This document shows, in pieces, positions 1 through 9,499 of a DNA stretch of 32,000 bases. Both the position numbers and the translations under genes were made by a program. Positions within the stretch are counted from its first letter, which is position 1, and every line of letters begins with the position of its first letter. Origin of the DNA: Ruminococcus albus 7 = DSM 20455 (GTDB lineage Bacteria > Bacillota > Clostridia > Oscillospirales > Ruminococcaceae); NCBI RefSeq assembly GCF_000179635.2, contig NC_014833.1, positions 2,550,001 to 2,582,000 of the forward strand. The letters run 5' to 3'. The notes beneath the pieces are model-generated. The model ran no database searches, was not told the DNA's origin, and saw only the letters and a list, made by a program, of their open reading frames with translations.

Positions 1-3000
1 CAAATAACCGCCTGTATATGCACCGTTATCTGTTGTTTTAGGAGTTATTCCGGCAAGTGCAATCGAACCGGTTTCGCATATGAAATTACCATTCATCACC
101 TTGCTGATAATAACACCGCTATATCCATTAGCGGAATTTGTTGTCTCATCAACCGTACCGTCAAGACCAAGAAATGTTCCGGCAAGCGATAAATCACCTG
201 TTACCGTTATTGCCTTGCCTGTTTCTAAATTCATAAATAATCCCGAATGCATCAGGAAATGCTGATTTACAGCACCAGGGTCACGGATATAGCTGTCACC
301 ATTGATTACATTCTCAGCAGTAGAGTAGATTCCGCTATAATCAAATGTAAGTGAAAGATCACCTATGGTATAGGTGTCAGCATTTTTTAGCGGATAGAAA
401 GAAAGACCTGTAAGATTGGCAGTTCCGCTAAAGGTTAATATACCTGTTTTAGAATCCGCAGCAATCGTTGTACCAAAGCTTTCTCCCTCGCCTTGAATGA
501 ATTCATCTGCAATATTGGAAGCAGCATACTTGCTTACACTCCACAATACCAGATTCTGTCCATAATCTGCGTTTGACATTACATCAAGATTGTAGTAGTA
601 TCTTGATTTTCCATTCGCATACTTGGCAGCATTTATAGCAGTGATATTTGTGCTGGCTGCCCTTGAAATCTGGTTCTGATATGTACCCTTGACAGTTATT
701 TTTGCTTCCGTTCCGCTTCGACTACTGTTCGTATTTACTGATACAACGCCCCCGCCGCCTGCAATCACATCACTGGCTGAATAAGCAGCAAGTTCGTCAA
801 AATCGCCTATACTATTTGGTAGTGTTATATCAGCATTCGTTAATTTATATCCGGAATTCAGAACGTCAAGATACAAGCCATCAGTGCTGTTATAAGCCTT
901 GTTGACAATTATGCCGAGTGATGTTCCGCCGCCATTAGTCATAGACATCTTTTTTATGGAAAGTGAATTTACTGTCCACTTGCCGGTGGCTACATAGCAA
1001 ATAACACCAACGTTAGCAGCAGTTTTGGATAAAACGGTATTATTGATTGAACTTGTTCCCTTTACAGTAACTCCATCAATGGTCGTAGTTGTATTCATCC
1101 AGGCATAACCAAGAAATCCACCAGCTGTTTTCTCAGCACAGTTATTAATCACACAGCCATTGAATTCTACATTTCTAACGTTTATTTTACGGTCATCATA
1201 GCTGCCATTTGAAATGATATAACCAATAAGTCCGCCGCAATCAGAATTATCACCAATAACAGTCACATTATCTACATCAGTATTCATTCCAACAGTTAAG
1301 ATATTACTGCCGCTTTGTTCTATGTTTACTATGATGCTTTCAGATGCGATTTTGCCTATAACACCTCCGTAAACCAGCCAGGTTTTATGAGAACCTGTAA
1401 ACACAAATTTAGGAGAAGCAGTAGATGTTCCTGTAATAGTAATTATTCCATTATCGGTGTTTTCATCAACATACCCAATAAAGCCGCCAATGTTCTTACC
1501 TAAATCCTCGGTGCCAGGTGAAATAGCTCCTTCATGGTAATTAACTGTCAAAGCGTTAGTCCCGCTTGCTGAAACTGTAATTGCATTAAGTGCAGTGTTT
1601 CCGTGTGAGCGAGCAGCGACAGCACCAAAGCTCATGCCGTCAGCACCCGCATTGCGAATATTGATGGTTCCGGCAATATTTAGGCTATTGACCGTACCTG
1701 TTCCTGTTGTATCGTTTCCAATTACAGAAAAGAGACCGTTATACTGATGACGATAAATTTGACCTATACCTTCATCAGTTGAAGATGAACTAATACCGAA
1801 ACCATATTTTTCTCCTGTTGCTAAGGTTATGGTATTGTTTCCGCCACTGAGTGTTCCAATGAACGTTCCTACACCGCCAATATCGGAGCTGGTTGCACTT
1901 GAAGCCGCAACGCCCTCACTGACAGTTATACCTGTACCGTCACGCATAAAACCATTGATGCCCGTTCCGGAAAGACTGAATCCACTTGAAATGGTCAGAG
2001 TTGTACCAAGAAGATACGAACGGGTATTATTGCCTGATGTAAATAATAGGCAGTTGTATCCGGAGCCTTGATTGAGCTGAATATTGAGAGCTGTTCTTAC
2101 AAAATCATCGGCATTACCCATAGATGGTTTGGCAGCAGCAATTGTTGCAGTATGATTTGTACTTGTACTGTCAAAATAAATAGCATTGGTTGAAGTGCTA
2201 TCATCAATACTGCGTACAACCTCGCCCCATGTGCCGAGATCATCTGAAATTGCTCCACTTGACCGCTTGAAAGACCAGCCGCTACCATATGAGTTGCCGT
2301 CAGAACCATTACCAAGTGCATATACAAGAACATTATCATTATAGCCTACAAGCTGTCCATAGCTTGCATAACGCAAGCCGTCAGCATCTGTGGTAGCGTA
2401 TGCACCGTTAGGCTTTGCACTTGTCATGTCCGTAATACCACTGAAACGAAGAACTCCGTTATAGAACTGTCCTACAACTCCGCCACCGTTAAAACCAGAG
2501 GTATCTGTTACCGTCAGCGTAAAGTCGCCAAGGTCAATAAAATCACCGTAACTTGCAGAAGTTGCGCCTACAAGCCCACCGAAAAATGCATAATTGTTGC
2601 AGGAAGTGCCTATGGAATCCCTGCTCTCCGTTCCACTTGCGGTTATAGCTACATTGTCAGCCTTAACATACGCAGCTACATCAATATATCCTATCGCTCC
2701 ACCAAATGCATTGAATGAGTCGTCAGAAGCTACAGAATACTCTAATTCGCTAAGTTCAAGGCTGTTTGTAAGGCTATCAGTTGTATATCTGCCAACAAGA
2801 CCGCCAAAATAACCGGTTTCGTCATATGTGTTACCTGAACCAGATGTTGCAGTCAATGTAGCGTGTCCTGAAGAAGTGGTATCTGTAATTGTAAGGGTAT
2901 TTGGTGCAGATGATACCATTTTATTTTCAAGAACACCGAAAAGACCTCCGCAATATCGCCCATAAACAGAAGCCTCGTTACTGTAATCTTTAATATCAAA

Positions 3001-4218
3001 TGTATTGCTCGCCGTTACGTTTTCATAGTAACCGAACAAACCGCCGGCACCAGCCGCACCTGTCACGCTGCCGCCGACAGGGATAGATGTTGCTGAAGAA
3101 CCTCCAACCGTAAATCCGCTATCCATATTAATTATTGCTTCTGATGTGATATTTCCGACAAGACCTCCGGAATAAGCCGAGGTCGAGACAACACTTTTGG
3201 AAGCAGATGCAGAAGACATAGCAAGAAGGTTTATTCTTGCATTACCATTCATAGAGCCTACAAGCCCGCCCGCATTACCGTAGGCAGATGTAATGCTGTA
3301 TGATGATGAGTTATCAGTATATGAGAGGTTAAGTATCGAACCGGTCTGCATTTCACCGCATATAGCGCCAACATCTGCGACATAGTAAGAATCGCTTATT
3401 GAGGCATTTGATACTACATCAGCAGCAGAACTATTCGTATATGTCAAGTTGACCTCTGTATCAGCAGTAATATCTCCAATAACACCTGAATACGTTAATG
3501 CGTTTGTGCTTACCGTTTCAACATTCCAATGTGCAGGAGTTGACGAACTATTGTTGTAAACGTGTTGAGCGAATAATGGAGCGCTCGTATCCGCACCTAC
3601 GTTTGAAAGTCTTGCAAATTGTATTTTTATTTCAGGATAGTAATATGTATCTGTATCCACGTCATGAACACGGGAATTGCTCAGAATTTTTACAGAATTA
3701 TTGACATGAGAAAACAGAGGTATCCCATATGTGCTTAAAGGGAAAGCGCCCGAACCATTATCAGGGAGAGTTATTGTTCCGTTAAAAGGATAATCATCAT
3801 TGCCAAGACCTACAAATCCCTCCGGTATCTCTCCACGTGAACCCGTATCAGAGCCAAATGTCAACGTCAAATTATCGTTTTGATGAGCATCTGCAAACTG
3901 TTTGGTGACCTGCTGAGATATAAGAGTACCTTCTTCACCTTCGGGGTCTTGTATCATTTCCTCAACAGTGATCATACAAGTATCATCGGCATAGTAAGAA
4001 CAATAGTCGATAAAATCATATGGTGTTGAAAAAGACACTTCGCCTATATTAAAGCTGTCAGCCGCAACCGCATTCGCCTTGATGGTGGAAGCTGTAAAAA
4101 TAGACGGAAGTTTTGGAAAGTGAATAGGTAGATTCATCATCTCATCAAGCGGCATAAGATTGCTCATCATAACCGTTGCAGTCAGAAAACTGACAAACCT
4201 TTTATGAAGTTTTTTCAT
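1..4218 (-). CDS. Giant secreted repeat protein; only the first 1406 codons are in the window (C-terminus off the left edge). Many GG[LFV][VIF]G GLUG-like repeat units. Candidate adhesin or terminal component of the fibre operon.
   Basis: Absent from the supplied track, apparently because it is edge-truncated. I translated the minus strand in the frame set by ATG 4218..4216 (GAGGTG 8 nt upstream): MKKLHKRFVSFLTATVMMSNLMPLDE..., which looks like a signal peptide. Spot translations of that frame at 1-60, 901-960, 2041-2100, 2461-2590 and 3661-3720 are stop-free and give AFFGGLVGAT, GFNGGGVVGQFY, MTNGGGTSLGIIVN. Every + strand track ORF in this span is <=80 aa. Confidence 0.8.
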   Translation of the reverse strand, partial: MKKLHKRFVSFLTATVMMSNLMPLDEMMNLPIHFPKLPSIFTASTIKANAVAADSFNIGEVSFSTPYDFIDYCSYYADDTCMITVEEMIQDPEGEEGTLISQQVTKQFADAHQNDNLTLTFGSDTGSRGEIPEGFVGLGNDDYPFNGTITLPDNGSGAFPLSTYGIPLFSHVNNSVKILSNSRVHDVDTDTYYYPEIKIQFARLSNVGADTSAPLFAQHVYNNSSSTPAHWNVETVSTNALTYSGVIGDITADTEVNLTYTNSSAADVVSNASISDSYYVADVGAICGEMQTGSILNLSYTDNSSSYSITSAYGNAGGLVGSMNGNARINLLAMSSASASKSVVSTSAYSGGLVGNITSEAIINMDSGFTVGGSSATSIPVGGSVTGAAGAGGLFGYYENVTASNTFDIKDYSNEASVYGRYCGGLFGVLENKMVSSAPNTLTITDTTSSGHATLTATSGSGNTYDETGYFGGLVGRYTTDSLTNSLELSELEYSVASDDSFNAFGGAIGYIDVAAYVKADNVAITASGTESRDSIGTSCNNYAFFGGLVGATSASYGDFIDLGDFTLTVTDTSGFNGGGVVGQFYNGVLRFSGITDMTSAKPNGAYATTDADGLRYASYGQLVGYNDNVLVYALGNGSDGNSYGSGWSFKRSSGAISDDLGTWGEVVRSIDDSTSTNAIYFDSTSTNHTATIAAAKPSMGNADDFVRTALNIQLNQGSGYNCLLFTSGNNTRSYLLGTTLTISSGFSLSGTGINGFMRDGTGITVSEGVAASSATSSDIGGVGTFIGTLSGGNNTITLATGEKYGFGISSSSTDEGIGQIYRHQYNGLFSVIGNDTTGTGTVNSLNIAGTINIRNAGADGMSFGAVAARSHGNTALNAITVSASGTNALTVNYHEGAISPGTEDLGKNIGGFIGYVDENTDNGIITITGTSTASPKFVFTGSHKTWLVYGGVIGKIASESIIVNIEQSGSNILTVGMNTDVDNVTVIGDNSDCGGLIGYIISNGSYDDRKINVRNVEFNGCVINNCAEKTAGGFLGYAWMNTTTTIDGVTVKGTSSINNTVLSKTAANVGVICYVATGKWTVNSLSIKKMSMTNGGGTSLGIIVNKAYNSTDGLYLDVLNSGYKLTNADITLPNSIGDFDELAAYSASDVIAGGGGVVSVNTNSSRSGTEAKITVKGTYQNQISRAASTNITAINAAKYANGKSRYYYNLDVMSNADYGQNLVLWSVSKYAASNIADEFIQGEGESFGTTIAADSKTGILTFSGTANLTGLSFYPLKNADTYTIGDLSLTFDYSGIYSTAENVINGDSYIRDPGAVNQHFLMHSGLFMNLETGKAITVTGDLSLAGTFLGLDGTVDETTNSANGYSGVIISKVMNGNFICETGSIALAGITPKTTDNGAYTGGYL

Positions 4219-4236
4219 TATCTGTTCACCTCACAA

Positions 4237-5328
4237 TCATGATGAAGAATTCTCACTATGAAATTCGCAATCAATAAAGTTAGATGCACTATTTGTTCCA
4301 ATGTACTGTGTTTCGCCATCAACTTTATATAACTGTATTTGGTATCTGTTTATATCAGTGGAGTCAACCATTAATGTTACCATTTTCCAGTTTGCACGAG
4401 TAGCGTTCTTGATTATAGAACCCGTTTCAGCAGCTTCACCATTGCTGTCATAAAGAACAAATTCGTTTCCTGACAGCTCACTAAAGAAGAACTCGTTTAT
4501 CTCAAATTTGGTTGAATCCCACATTATGTCTACCGTTCCGACACCGCTTCCGGTTAAAACATAATTATAAAAATCATAAGACACACTTGAACAATCATCT
4601 GACTCAACCAGTTCTCCTGTCCATGAAGCAGCTTCCGCTGTACTTTCAGCAGTTCCGAAATAGTTACTAAGAGTTGTATGTAAAGATGCAGGGGACGAAG
4701 GAACTGCCTCAACATAAATATAGAACTCAGGTTCGGTCTTTTCTTGTTCAGCATCATCAAGAATTATCTTGAATGAATCAGTAGAGCTTACCGTCCCTTT
4801 AAGAGCGCAATTGGTGGTAAACGTTGTACTATAATCTGACTCTGTAACAAGGTTGATGGCATCACCGAGACCAGTTGCATTCTCATCGTCTTTTATGAAT
4901 TGGATGGAATAGGTTCTCTGCTCGTTAGTCCCTAATTTCAACTTAGAAATGTAGTCTGCTTTATCAGCCCCTGTGTACTCTGAAAGTTTTACAAAATCAT
5001 TACCGTTTTTTATTGCTAAAGATGCATTCAAAGTATAGGTGATATTATCAGGATTTACTTCTAAGGCATTTTCCTGAGCAAAATTACAAACTGTAATAGT
5101 ATATGCCGTTGAGGATAGTCGCTGAGAAGTTGCTGATGATTTCAAAGAATTAGATGAAAACATCACACTGTCTGCCGGTCTTGTGGAAACTACACGTTTT
5201 ACAGAATTAACACCGGTATATGATGCAAAGACCACGAAAACACTTACAGCAAACAACGTACTAACAAGCCATACCAGTGCCCAATGCTTTTTCAGCCGTT
5301 TCTTAATGCTTTCAAAGTTTACTTTCAT
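4237..5328 (-). CDS. Fibre-locus paralog (363 aa): signal-anchored, beta-rich, Ser/Thr/Asn-rich exported protein (putative minor subunit)
   Basis: Track ORF with ATG start. The N-terminus has a basic stretch, then a hydrophobic helix ending VFASYTGVNS, the same position as the FAWFT-type motif in the paralogs. Tightly packed in the same-strand operon. No LPXTG at the C-terminus. Confidence 0.7.
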   Translation of the reverse strand: MKVNFESIKKRLKKHWALVWLVSTLFAVSVFVVFASYTGVNSVKRVVSTRPADSVMFSSNSLKSSATSQRLSSTAYTITVCNFAQENALEVNPDNITYTLNASLAIKNGNDFVKLSEYTGADKADYISKLKLGTNEQRTYSIQFIKDDENATGLGDAINLVTESDYSTTFTTNCALKGTVSSTDSFKIILDDAEQEKTEPEFYIYVEAVPSSPASLHTTLSNYFGTAESTAEAASWTGELVESDDCSSVSYDFYNYVLTGSGVGTVDIMWDSTKFEINEFFFSELSGNEFVLYDSNGEAAETGSIIKNATRANWKMVTLMVDSTDINRYQIQLYKVDGETQYIGTNSASNFIDCEFHSENSSS

Positions 5329-5361
5329 GATCTCATCCCTTTCTATAACTTGATTTCACTT

Positions 5362-6141
5362 TTATTCGGTGGTTCGGCTGGCTGTAATGTAAATGATGTC
5401 TGTTTCTTTATTATTTGATGCTGCATTCCATTTGGTAAAGTTCGTAGAGGAGCTTTCAGAAGCCCAACCTATTTCCAAAATATAAAAGTCGTGATTAACG
5501 TCCCGTGTTTCTAATTCCTGAACCTGTGAATATATTGGAACTGCATATATCTCAGGCTTATCATTTCCGTCATAAACAAGGTCATAAAAATCATCACCTT
5601 TTAGCCCAAGTATTCTTCCATAGTAATCCTCGTTATCCTCATCAGGATTCAAATCAACTAAATCTAAAGGTTCGGCTACCGTTTTTCCAGATTCAATGGT
5701 TCTTTTATAGTTTACGGTTTTATCTCCAACAGGTGATTCATAAGTAACAATATCCGTATCAGATGCCAATGCTTCTTCTGCTCTGTATAGAGTATATGTG
5801 AAAGGAATATTTGTAGTATGAGCAAGCTGAATATCGTAATATGTTTTTGAATTTCCTGTTATTACACCAAATACATAACATTGTGGTTTCCCCGTCTTCT
5901 GAATATTCTCCAGGTCGATGTTACTAAGCTCAAAATATTCAACAGTATCACCATCACCGGCACATAAGTCAAGGCTGGGTGGCTCTTGAACTTTCGTCAT
6001 TGTTTCGATTTTACTTGTATATGAAAGCCACGCATAGACAGGTACTGCTACCATAAGAAAAAGGGTAGCAACAGCGGCAATGGCGGCTTGAATCTTCTGT
6101 GCAGTTGTAAGTTTATTGATAAATTCCTTCATTTGGTTCAT
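5362..6141 (-). CDS. Fibre-locus paralog (~259 aa) with a SipW-type-like N-terminal signal/anchor (…VPVYAWLSYTSK)
   Basis: The track ORF starts at GTG 6150, but AAGGAGGTG followed by 6 nt and ATG at 6141 is the better start (MNQMKEFINKL…). Hydrophobic helix followed by YAWLSYT. Same operon. Confidence 0.7.
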   Translation of the reverse strand: MNQMKEFINKLTTAQKIQAAIAAVATLFLMVAVPVYAWLSYTSKIETMTKVQEPPSLDLCAGDGDTVEYFELSNIDLENIQKTGKPQCYVFGVITGNSKTYYDIQLAHTTNIPFTYTLYRAEEALASDTDIVTYESPVGDKTVNYKRTIESGKTVAEPLDLVDLNPDEDNEDYYGRILGLKGDDFYDLVYDGNDKPEIYAVPIYSQVQELETRDVNHDFYILEIGWASESSSTNFTKWNAASNNKETDIIYITASRTTE

Positions 6142-6154
6142 CAAAGCCACCTCC

Positions 6155-7144
6155 TTATGATACGGAGACTGTCATCGACAATAATAGATAACGTACTCTC
6201 GCACCTATGATGTTATCAGCTTGATTGTATCTTCCTCCGTAATATAGGTAGTTACTGTTAATATCTGATATAGACACATTGTCAGCAGTTGTAATGCCTT
6301 TCATAAAGTATTGTGGATTATCTTCGATATAATCAAGAAAATCGCTATCATCACAAAATGGGTATGTAACTTCAACATCTTCATTAAGAACATCATCGTG
6401 TTCTGTGACGGTGTGCGTATTCAGCAGATCGCTAAAGTTGTTTACCCAAACCCAATAGATATTTACGGGGATTGTTGTATCTTTACCCGTGTACGTCTTA
6501 TCTGAAAGAAGTCGGCTTAATGAAGTAGTATTCTTTATTAGTCCTGAGTATGTATCCGTAGCCAGATCATAATCTTCAAATAAAAGAATATGACCATTCA
6601 GATAATTGATGACATCAGCATCATTGGTTGAATCAAGCTGTACCATTGATGTTATATTATTCTCCGTTACGGGATTATAACCTATCAATTCAAATGAAAA
6701 GTCTAAATCAACCGAACTTACTCTCGGCGTAACATAGAAAGTTACATAACCTCTGCAATCAGGGTGAATACCGTCATCTTCAACGCCTGTAATTGAGTGA
6801 TAGTTGCCTATATTCTGTTCCAGACCGTTGGAGTCAGTGCCGTTCATCTTCCATATGATTGCTGTATCATCGTGTACTAAATCAAGATAATCATCATATA
6901 CACCATTATTTCCATTGGTAAGTACTGAGATCTCATATTCCGGACCCTTTATAGATACTTTCATACCGCTTGCCGAGTTTTCAGAATTATTTGTAAACCA
7001 AGCTATCGAGGAAAAAATCAGCATAATAGTGCTTAAAACAAGCATAGCTCCCATTTTTATAAGAGCTGCCTTTTGCATTTTCTTACGCTCCAACAATTCC
7101 TCAGAGGCAGAATCCGCAAGATTTATATTATTCTTTTCATTCAT
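6155..7144 (-). CDS. Fibre-locus paralog (~329 aa) with N-terminal anchor …SSIAWFTNNSENSASGMKVSIKG; paralog of the next gene upstream
   Basis: The track ORF starts at ATG 7165 (TAATG overlap with the upstream stop). An internal ATG at 7144 is preceded by GAGGTGGGG at good spacing. It shares NGHILLF, Y.GLI.N, IYWVW and YIEDNPQYF motifs with the 339-aa neighbour. Confidence 0.7.
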   Translation of the reverse strand: MNEKNNINLADSASEELLERKKMQKAALIKMGAMLVLSTIMLIFSSIAWFTNNSENSASGMKVSIKGPEYEISVLTNGNNGVYDDYLDLVHDDTAIIWKMNGTDSNGLEQNIGNYHSITGVEDDGIHPDCRGYVTFYVTPRVSSVDLDFSFELIGYNPVTENNITSMVQLDSTNDADVINYLNGHILLFEDYDLATDTYSGLIKNTTSLSRLLSDKTYTGKDTTIPVNIYWVWVNNFSDLLNTHTVTEHDDVLNEDVEVTYPFCDDSDFLDYIEDNPQYFMKGITTADNVSISDINSNYLYYGGRYNQADNIIGARVRYLLLSMTVSVS

Positions 7145-7164
7145 CTGCCCCACCTCGCTTATCA

Positions 7165-8184
7165 TTACTCGGCATAAGTGCGAACGTTAAATCCGAAGTA
7201 TTTTGTATTTTCAATAATCAGCTTATCGCCGTTATCGTAATAATCGCTTAGAATGTCATAGTCGGTCATTTCCGTTCCGTCGGGAATTGCTCCGATTTCT
7301 GCGGTACACAGGAACTCGTCAGGATTGTTCTTGATATATTCAAGCATTTCAGCCTGTTGGTCGCTGTTATCAAACAACGCTCCGTCAGCCTGAGTATTGA
7401 CTAATTGCTCATAATATTCTGCCCATATCCAATAGACCTTTATCTTGTATTCTCCGCTGGCGTTCAGATCGTCCATGTGTTCGCTTGTGCGGTATATCAT
7501 TTCGCCGTTTTCAATCAGACCGCTGTACTTTCCGTTGCAATTTTCCCTAAAGAAAAGGATATGACCGTTCAACAGCTCGTCAATATTGTCAAGACATTTA
7601 CGTTCGGTAGTGTCAGAACAATCCACCTCTGACATCTTCACCAAGCTGCCGTCTGCAAGCTCCGTAACAGCAAACACATCATATGTAATATGAATAGAGA
7701 GGTCGGCATCTGCTTTCTTAGGCTTGATATAAAATGTGGTAGAGCCATAGGAGCCGGGGAGCGTGACCGATCTGCCGTCCTCCTGTTTCAGATACATAGC
7801 TGTGTTGCGGTTGAAAGCAGATGTTTTCAGGCTATCGGAATAACCGTTATCCTGCATAAACTTTGAGACTTCTTCATTGGTGTTCGCTTCAAAATCTTCA
7901 TCAACACGCATTTCATAGTAGTCCGATCTCATAGGCATAAAGAAATCAGATATAGCTTCTTTCGGAGAAGTTATCTTACCGCCCGAATGTTTGACTGCGA
8001 TTAGGTACATTGTGAATAATATCAAAAGGACTATGCTGATAAATGACATTAGAGGTGACAGCGAACCCTCCACCTCGATCAGCCGACTATCCTCGGCTTT
8101 ATATTCCTCCGAAAACTCATAATCATCATCTGATATTTTCCTTGATTTGGTATGCCGAAAATGAGATTTTCTTTTCATACGCAA
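7165..8184 (-). CDS. Fibre-locus paralog (339 aa): long basic cytoplasmic N-tail, one TM helix, then a beta-rich ectodomain. It has no clear AWFT-type motif, so it may stay membrane-anchored.
   Basis: Track ORF. Start is TTG 8184 (GAAAGG 5 nt upstream) or ATG 8178. TM segment LMSFISIVLLILFTMYLIAV. Motifs NGHILFF, YSGLIENG, IKVYWIWAEYY and YIKNNPDEF are shared with the 336-aa paralog. Confidence 0.7.
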   Translation of the reverse strand: MRMKRKSHFRHTKSRKISDDDYEFSEEYKAEDSRLIEVEGSLSPLMSFISIVLLILFTMYLIAVKHSGGKITSPKEAISDFFMPMRSDYYEMRVDEDFEANTNEEVSKFMQDNGYSDSLKTSAFNRNTAMYLKQEDGRSVTLPGSYGSTTFYIKPKKADADLSIHITYDVFAVTELADGSLVKMSEVDCSDTTERKCLDNIDELLNGHILFFRENCNGKYSGLIENGEMIYRTSEHMDDLNASGEYKIKVYWIWAEYYEQLVNTQADGALFDNSDQQAEMLEYIKNNPDEFLCTAEIGAIPDGTEMTDYDILSDYYDNGDKLIIENTKYFGFNVRTYAE

Positions 8185-8249
8185 TCGAACCTTTCACGAT
8201 ATTTTCTCAGGTCAAATTGCGATATAATTATTATACTACTTCACTATAT

Positions 8250-8278
8250 ATTATATCACAAAACGCCTTGTGTTTCAA
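8250..8278 (-). promoter_or_regulatory. Internal sigma-A-type promoter for the minor-subunit genes
   Basis: The minus strand reads TTGAAA-17 nt-TATAAT (TTGAAA = revcomp of 8273-8278; TATAAT = revcomp of 8250-8255). It lies between the hairpin at 8331-8359 and the start at 8184. Confidence 0.55.
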
Positions 8279-8330
8279 TAGTATAGGCGTAGATTTTACC
8301 CGATTTTCACTTATTCCTGTTATGAAGTAA

Positions 8331-8359
8331 ACCCGCCGAGCATTAGCTGTCCGGCGGGT
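8331..8359 (-). terminator. Terminator-like hairpin immediately downstream of the putative major subunit gene
   Basis: The minus strand reads AACCCGCCG-13 nt loop-CGGCGGGTT, a 9-bp GC-rich stem, followed by a weak U-tract (TTTACTTC). It could be a partial (attenuating) terminator. Confidence 0.5.
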
Positions 8360-8407
8360 TAAGTATTCTATCAGAGTAGATCAGTTTTGTATTTAGCCTT
8401 GACAGCT

Positions 8408-9499
8408 TTACTTAAGACCGAATACGATCTCAACAGTCAATTCATCAAGATCAGAATAAATATTATCAGTATTACAGTTAGAGTCTTCGCCCTCAAACCA
8501 AATGTATACATCAATTTTTGCACCATCAGATGTTGTAGCCGGAAGAGTCGCAAGGCTTAAACCATCAGTAGTATTCGATGCAGTAGTTGCAGTCCAAGTG
8601 GATACAGCTGATGTTCCTGTCAAATCAAGTCCTGCTGTTCCAGTTGCCAACGATGCCGCTGCACTTGTTACTGCCTTTGTAGAAGTATCATATGCAGACG
8701 CTATAAAATAACTACTATCAGCACCAGCAACTGGAGCAAACGTCAATGCACTACCGCCAGTAGGCAACACAGCAACACGGAGAGTTTTATCTAAGTCGTG
8801 TGCAAGAGCATCTCCGTCTGTATTCTTATCCAGTCCGCTTACCTTTATTTCCTTTACATAAAGGGTATCATCACCATCGTTAGTCAAATCTGCATTGAGT
8901 GTTATTGCGTTAGAAGAAGACGACTTAACATAGTAAGTATACTTGATAAATGCTCCATCATCATTATCGCCTATTGCAGCCGCCGTACCATCTTTTTCCT
9001 TGTAGTAGATATTTGCTTCTGCATCCGTTCCAGCTGCCGCAGCAGTCGCCTGTATAAAATCAAGTTTTCCACTCGAAAGATTATTTCCACCAGCAGTAGT
9101 TGCTAAAGTGAAAATTTCATAACCAGCACTGCTAAGTTTATCACTTTTAGTATTAGCTGCGGTTCCTTTTGCCGATGCGTTAGCGGCAACGCTGTTAGCA
9201 TGAGCCCATGTTGACATATCTGCACTGGACATAGGAATAAGTGTTGCACCAGCATTAGCTGTACTCTTAGCCTCTTCATCCCAATTGGTATCGCCCGAAG
9301 TTGCTACTTCATTGATAAGCAAGCCTTTCTCAGCCTTTGCCTTGACTTCCATACCTGTCACCTGAACTTCTTTGTTCATTGTGAACCATGCGAACGTACT
9401 TGTCGCCAGCATTGTAGCGGAGATCATGAGCATTCCGGCAGCGGGAATGAGCTTCTTCATAGGAGAGCTGCCCTTTGTATTCTTAGTATTAGCTTTCAT
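8408..9499 (-). CDS. Putative major fibre subunit (363 aa): Ala/Thr/Ser/Gly-rich, acidic, with a SipW-cognate-type signal peptide (…MLATSTFA|WFTMNKEV)
   Basis: Track ORF with ATG and a GAAAGGAA RBS. It is the first full gene after a perfect consensus promoter and is followed by a hairpin. The N-terminus resembles the G-T-[LW]-A-[YA]-F-[TN]-D class known from TasA/CalY. C-terminal motifs LRVAV and IDVYIWFEGEDSNCNTD…LTVEIVF are shared with the 239-aa protein at 11294-12013. Confidence 0.8.
   Translation of the reverse strand: MKANTKNTKGSSPMKKLIPAAGMLMISATMLATSTFAWFTMNKEVQVTGMEVKAKAEKGLLINEVATSGDTNWDEEAKSTANAGATLIPMSSADMSTWAHANSVAANASAKGTAANTKSDKLSSAGYEIFTLATTAGGNNLSSGKLDFIQATAAAAGTDAEANIYYKEKDGTAAAIGDNDDGAFIKYTYYVKSSSSNAITLNADLTNDGDDTLYVKEIKVSGLDKNTDGDALAHDLDKTLRVAVLPTGGSALTFAPVAGADSSYFIASAYDTSTKAVTSAAASLATGTAGLDLTGTSAVSTWTATTASNTTDGLSLATLPATTSDGAKIDVYIWFEGEDSNCNTDNIYSDLDELTVEIVFGLK

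Noticed and set aside
80-3704. Seven short + strand track ORFs (61-80 aa) and one - strand ORF (2097..2339) in the first 4 kb
   Set aside because: All lie inside the 1406-codon open minus-strand frame (or out of frame with it). They lack RBSs and have odd composition, so they look like shadows of the giant repeat gene.
4237-9499. Sortase-dependent pilus or type IV pilus interpretation of the subunit genes
   Set aside because: No LPXTG-like sorting signal is present at any visible C-terminus (…ENSSS, …SRTTE, …TVSVS, …RTYAE, …VFGLK). There is no sortase gene, no G|FTL.E prepilin motif, and no PilB/PilC/PilD-like genes. The leaders fit the SipW-cognate class instead.
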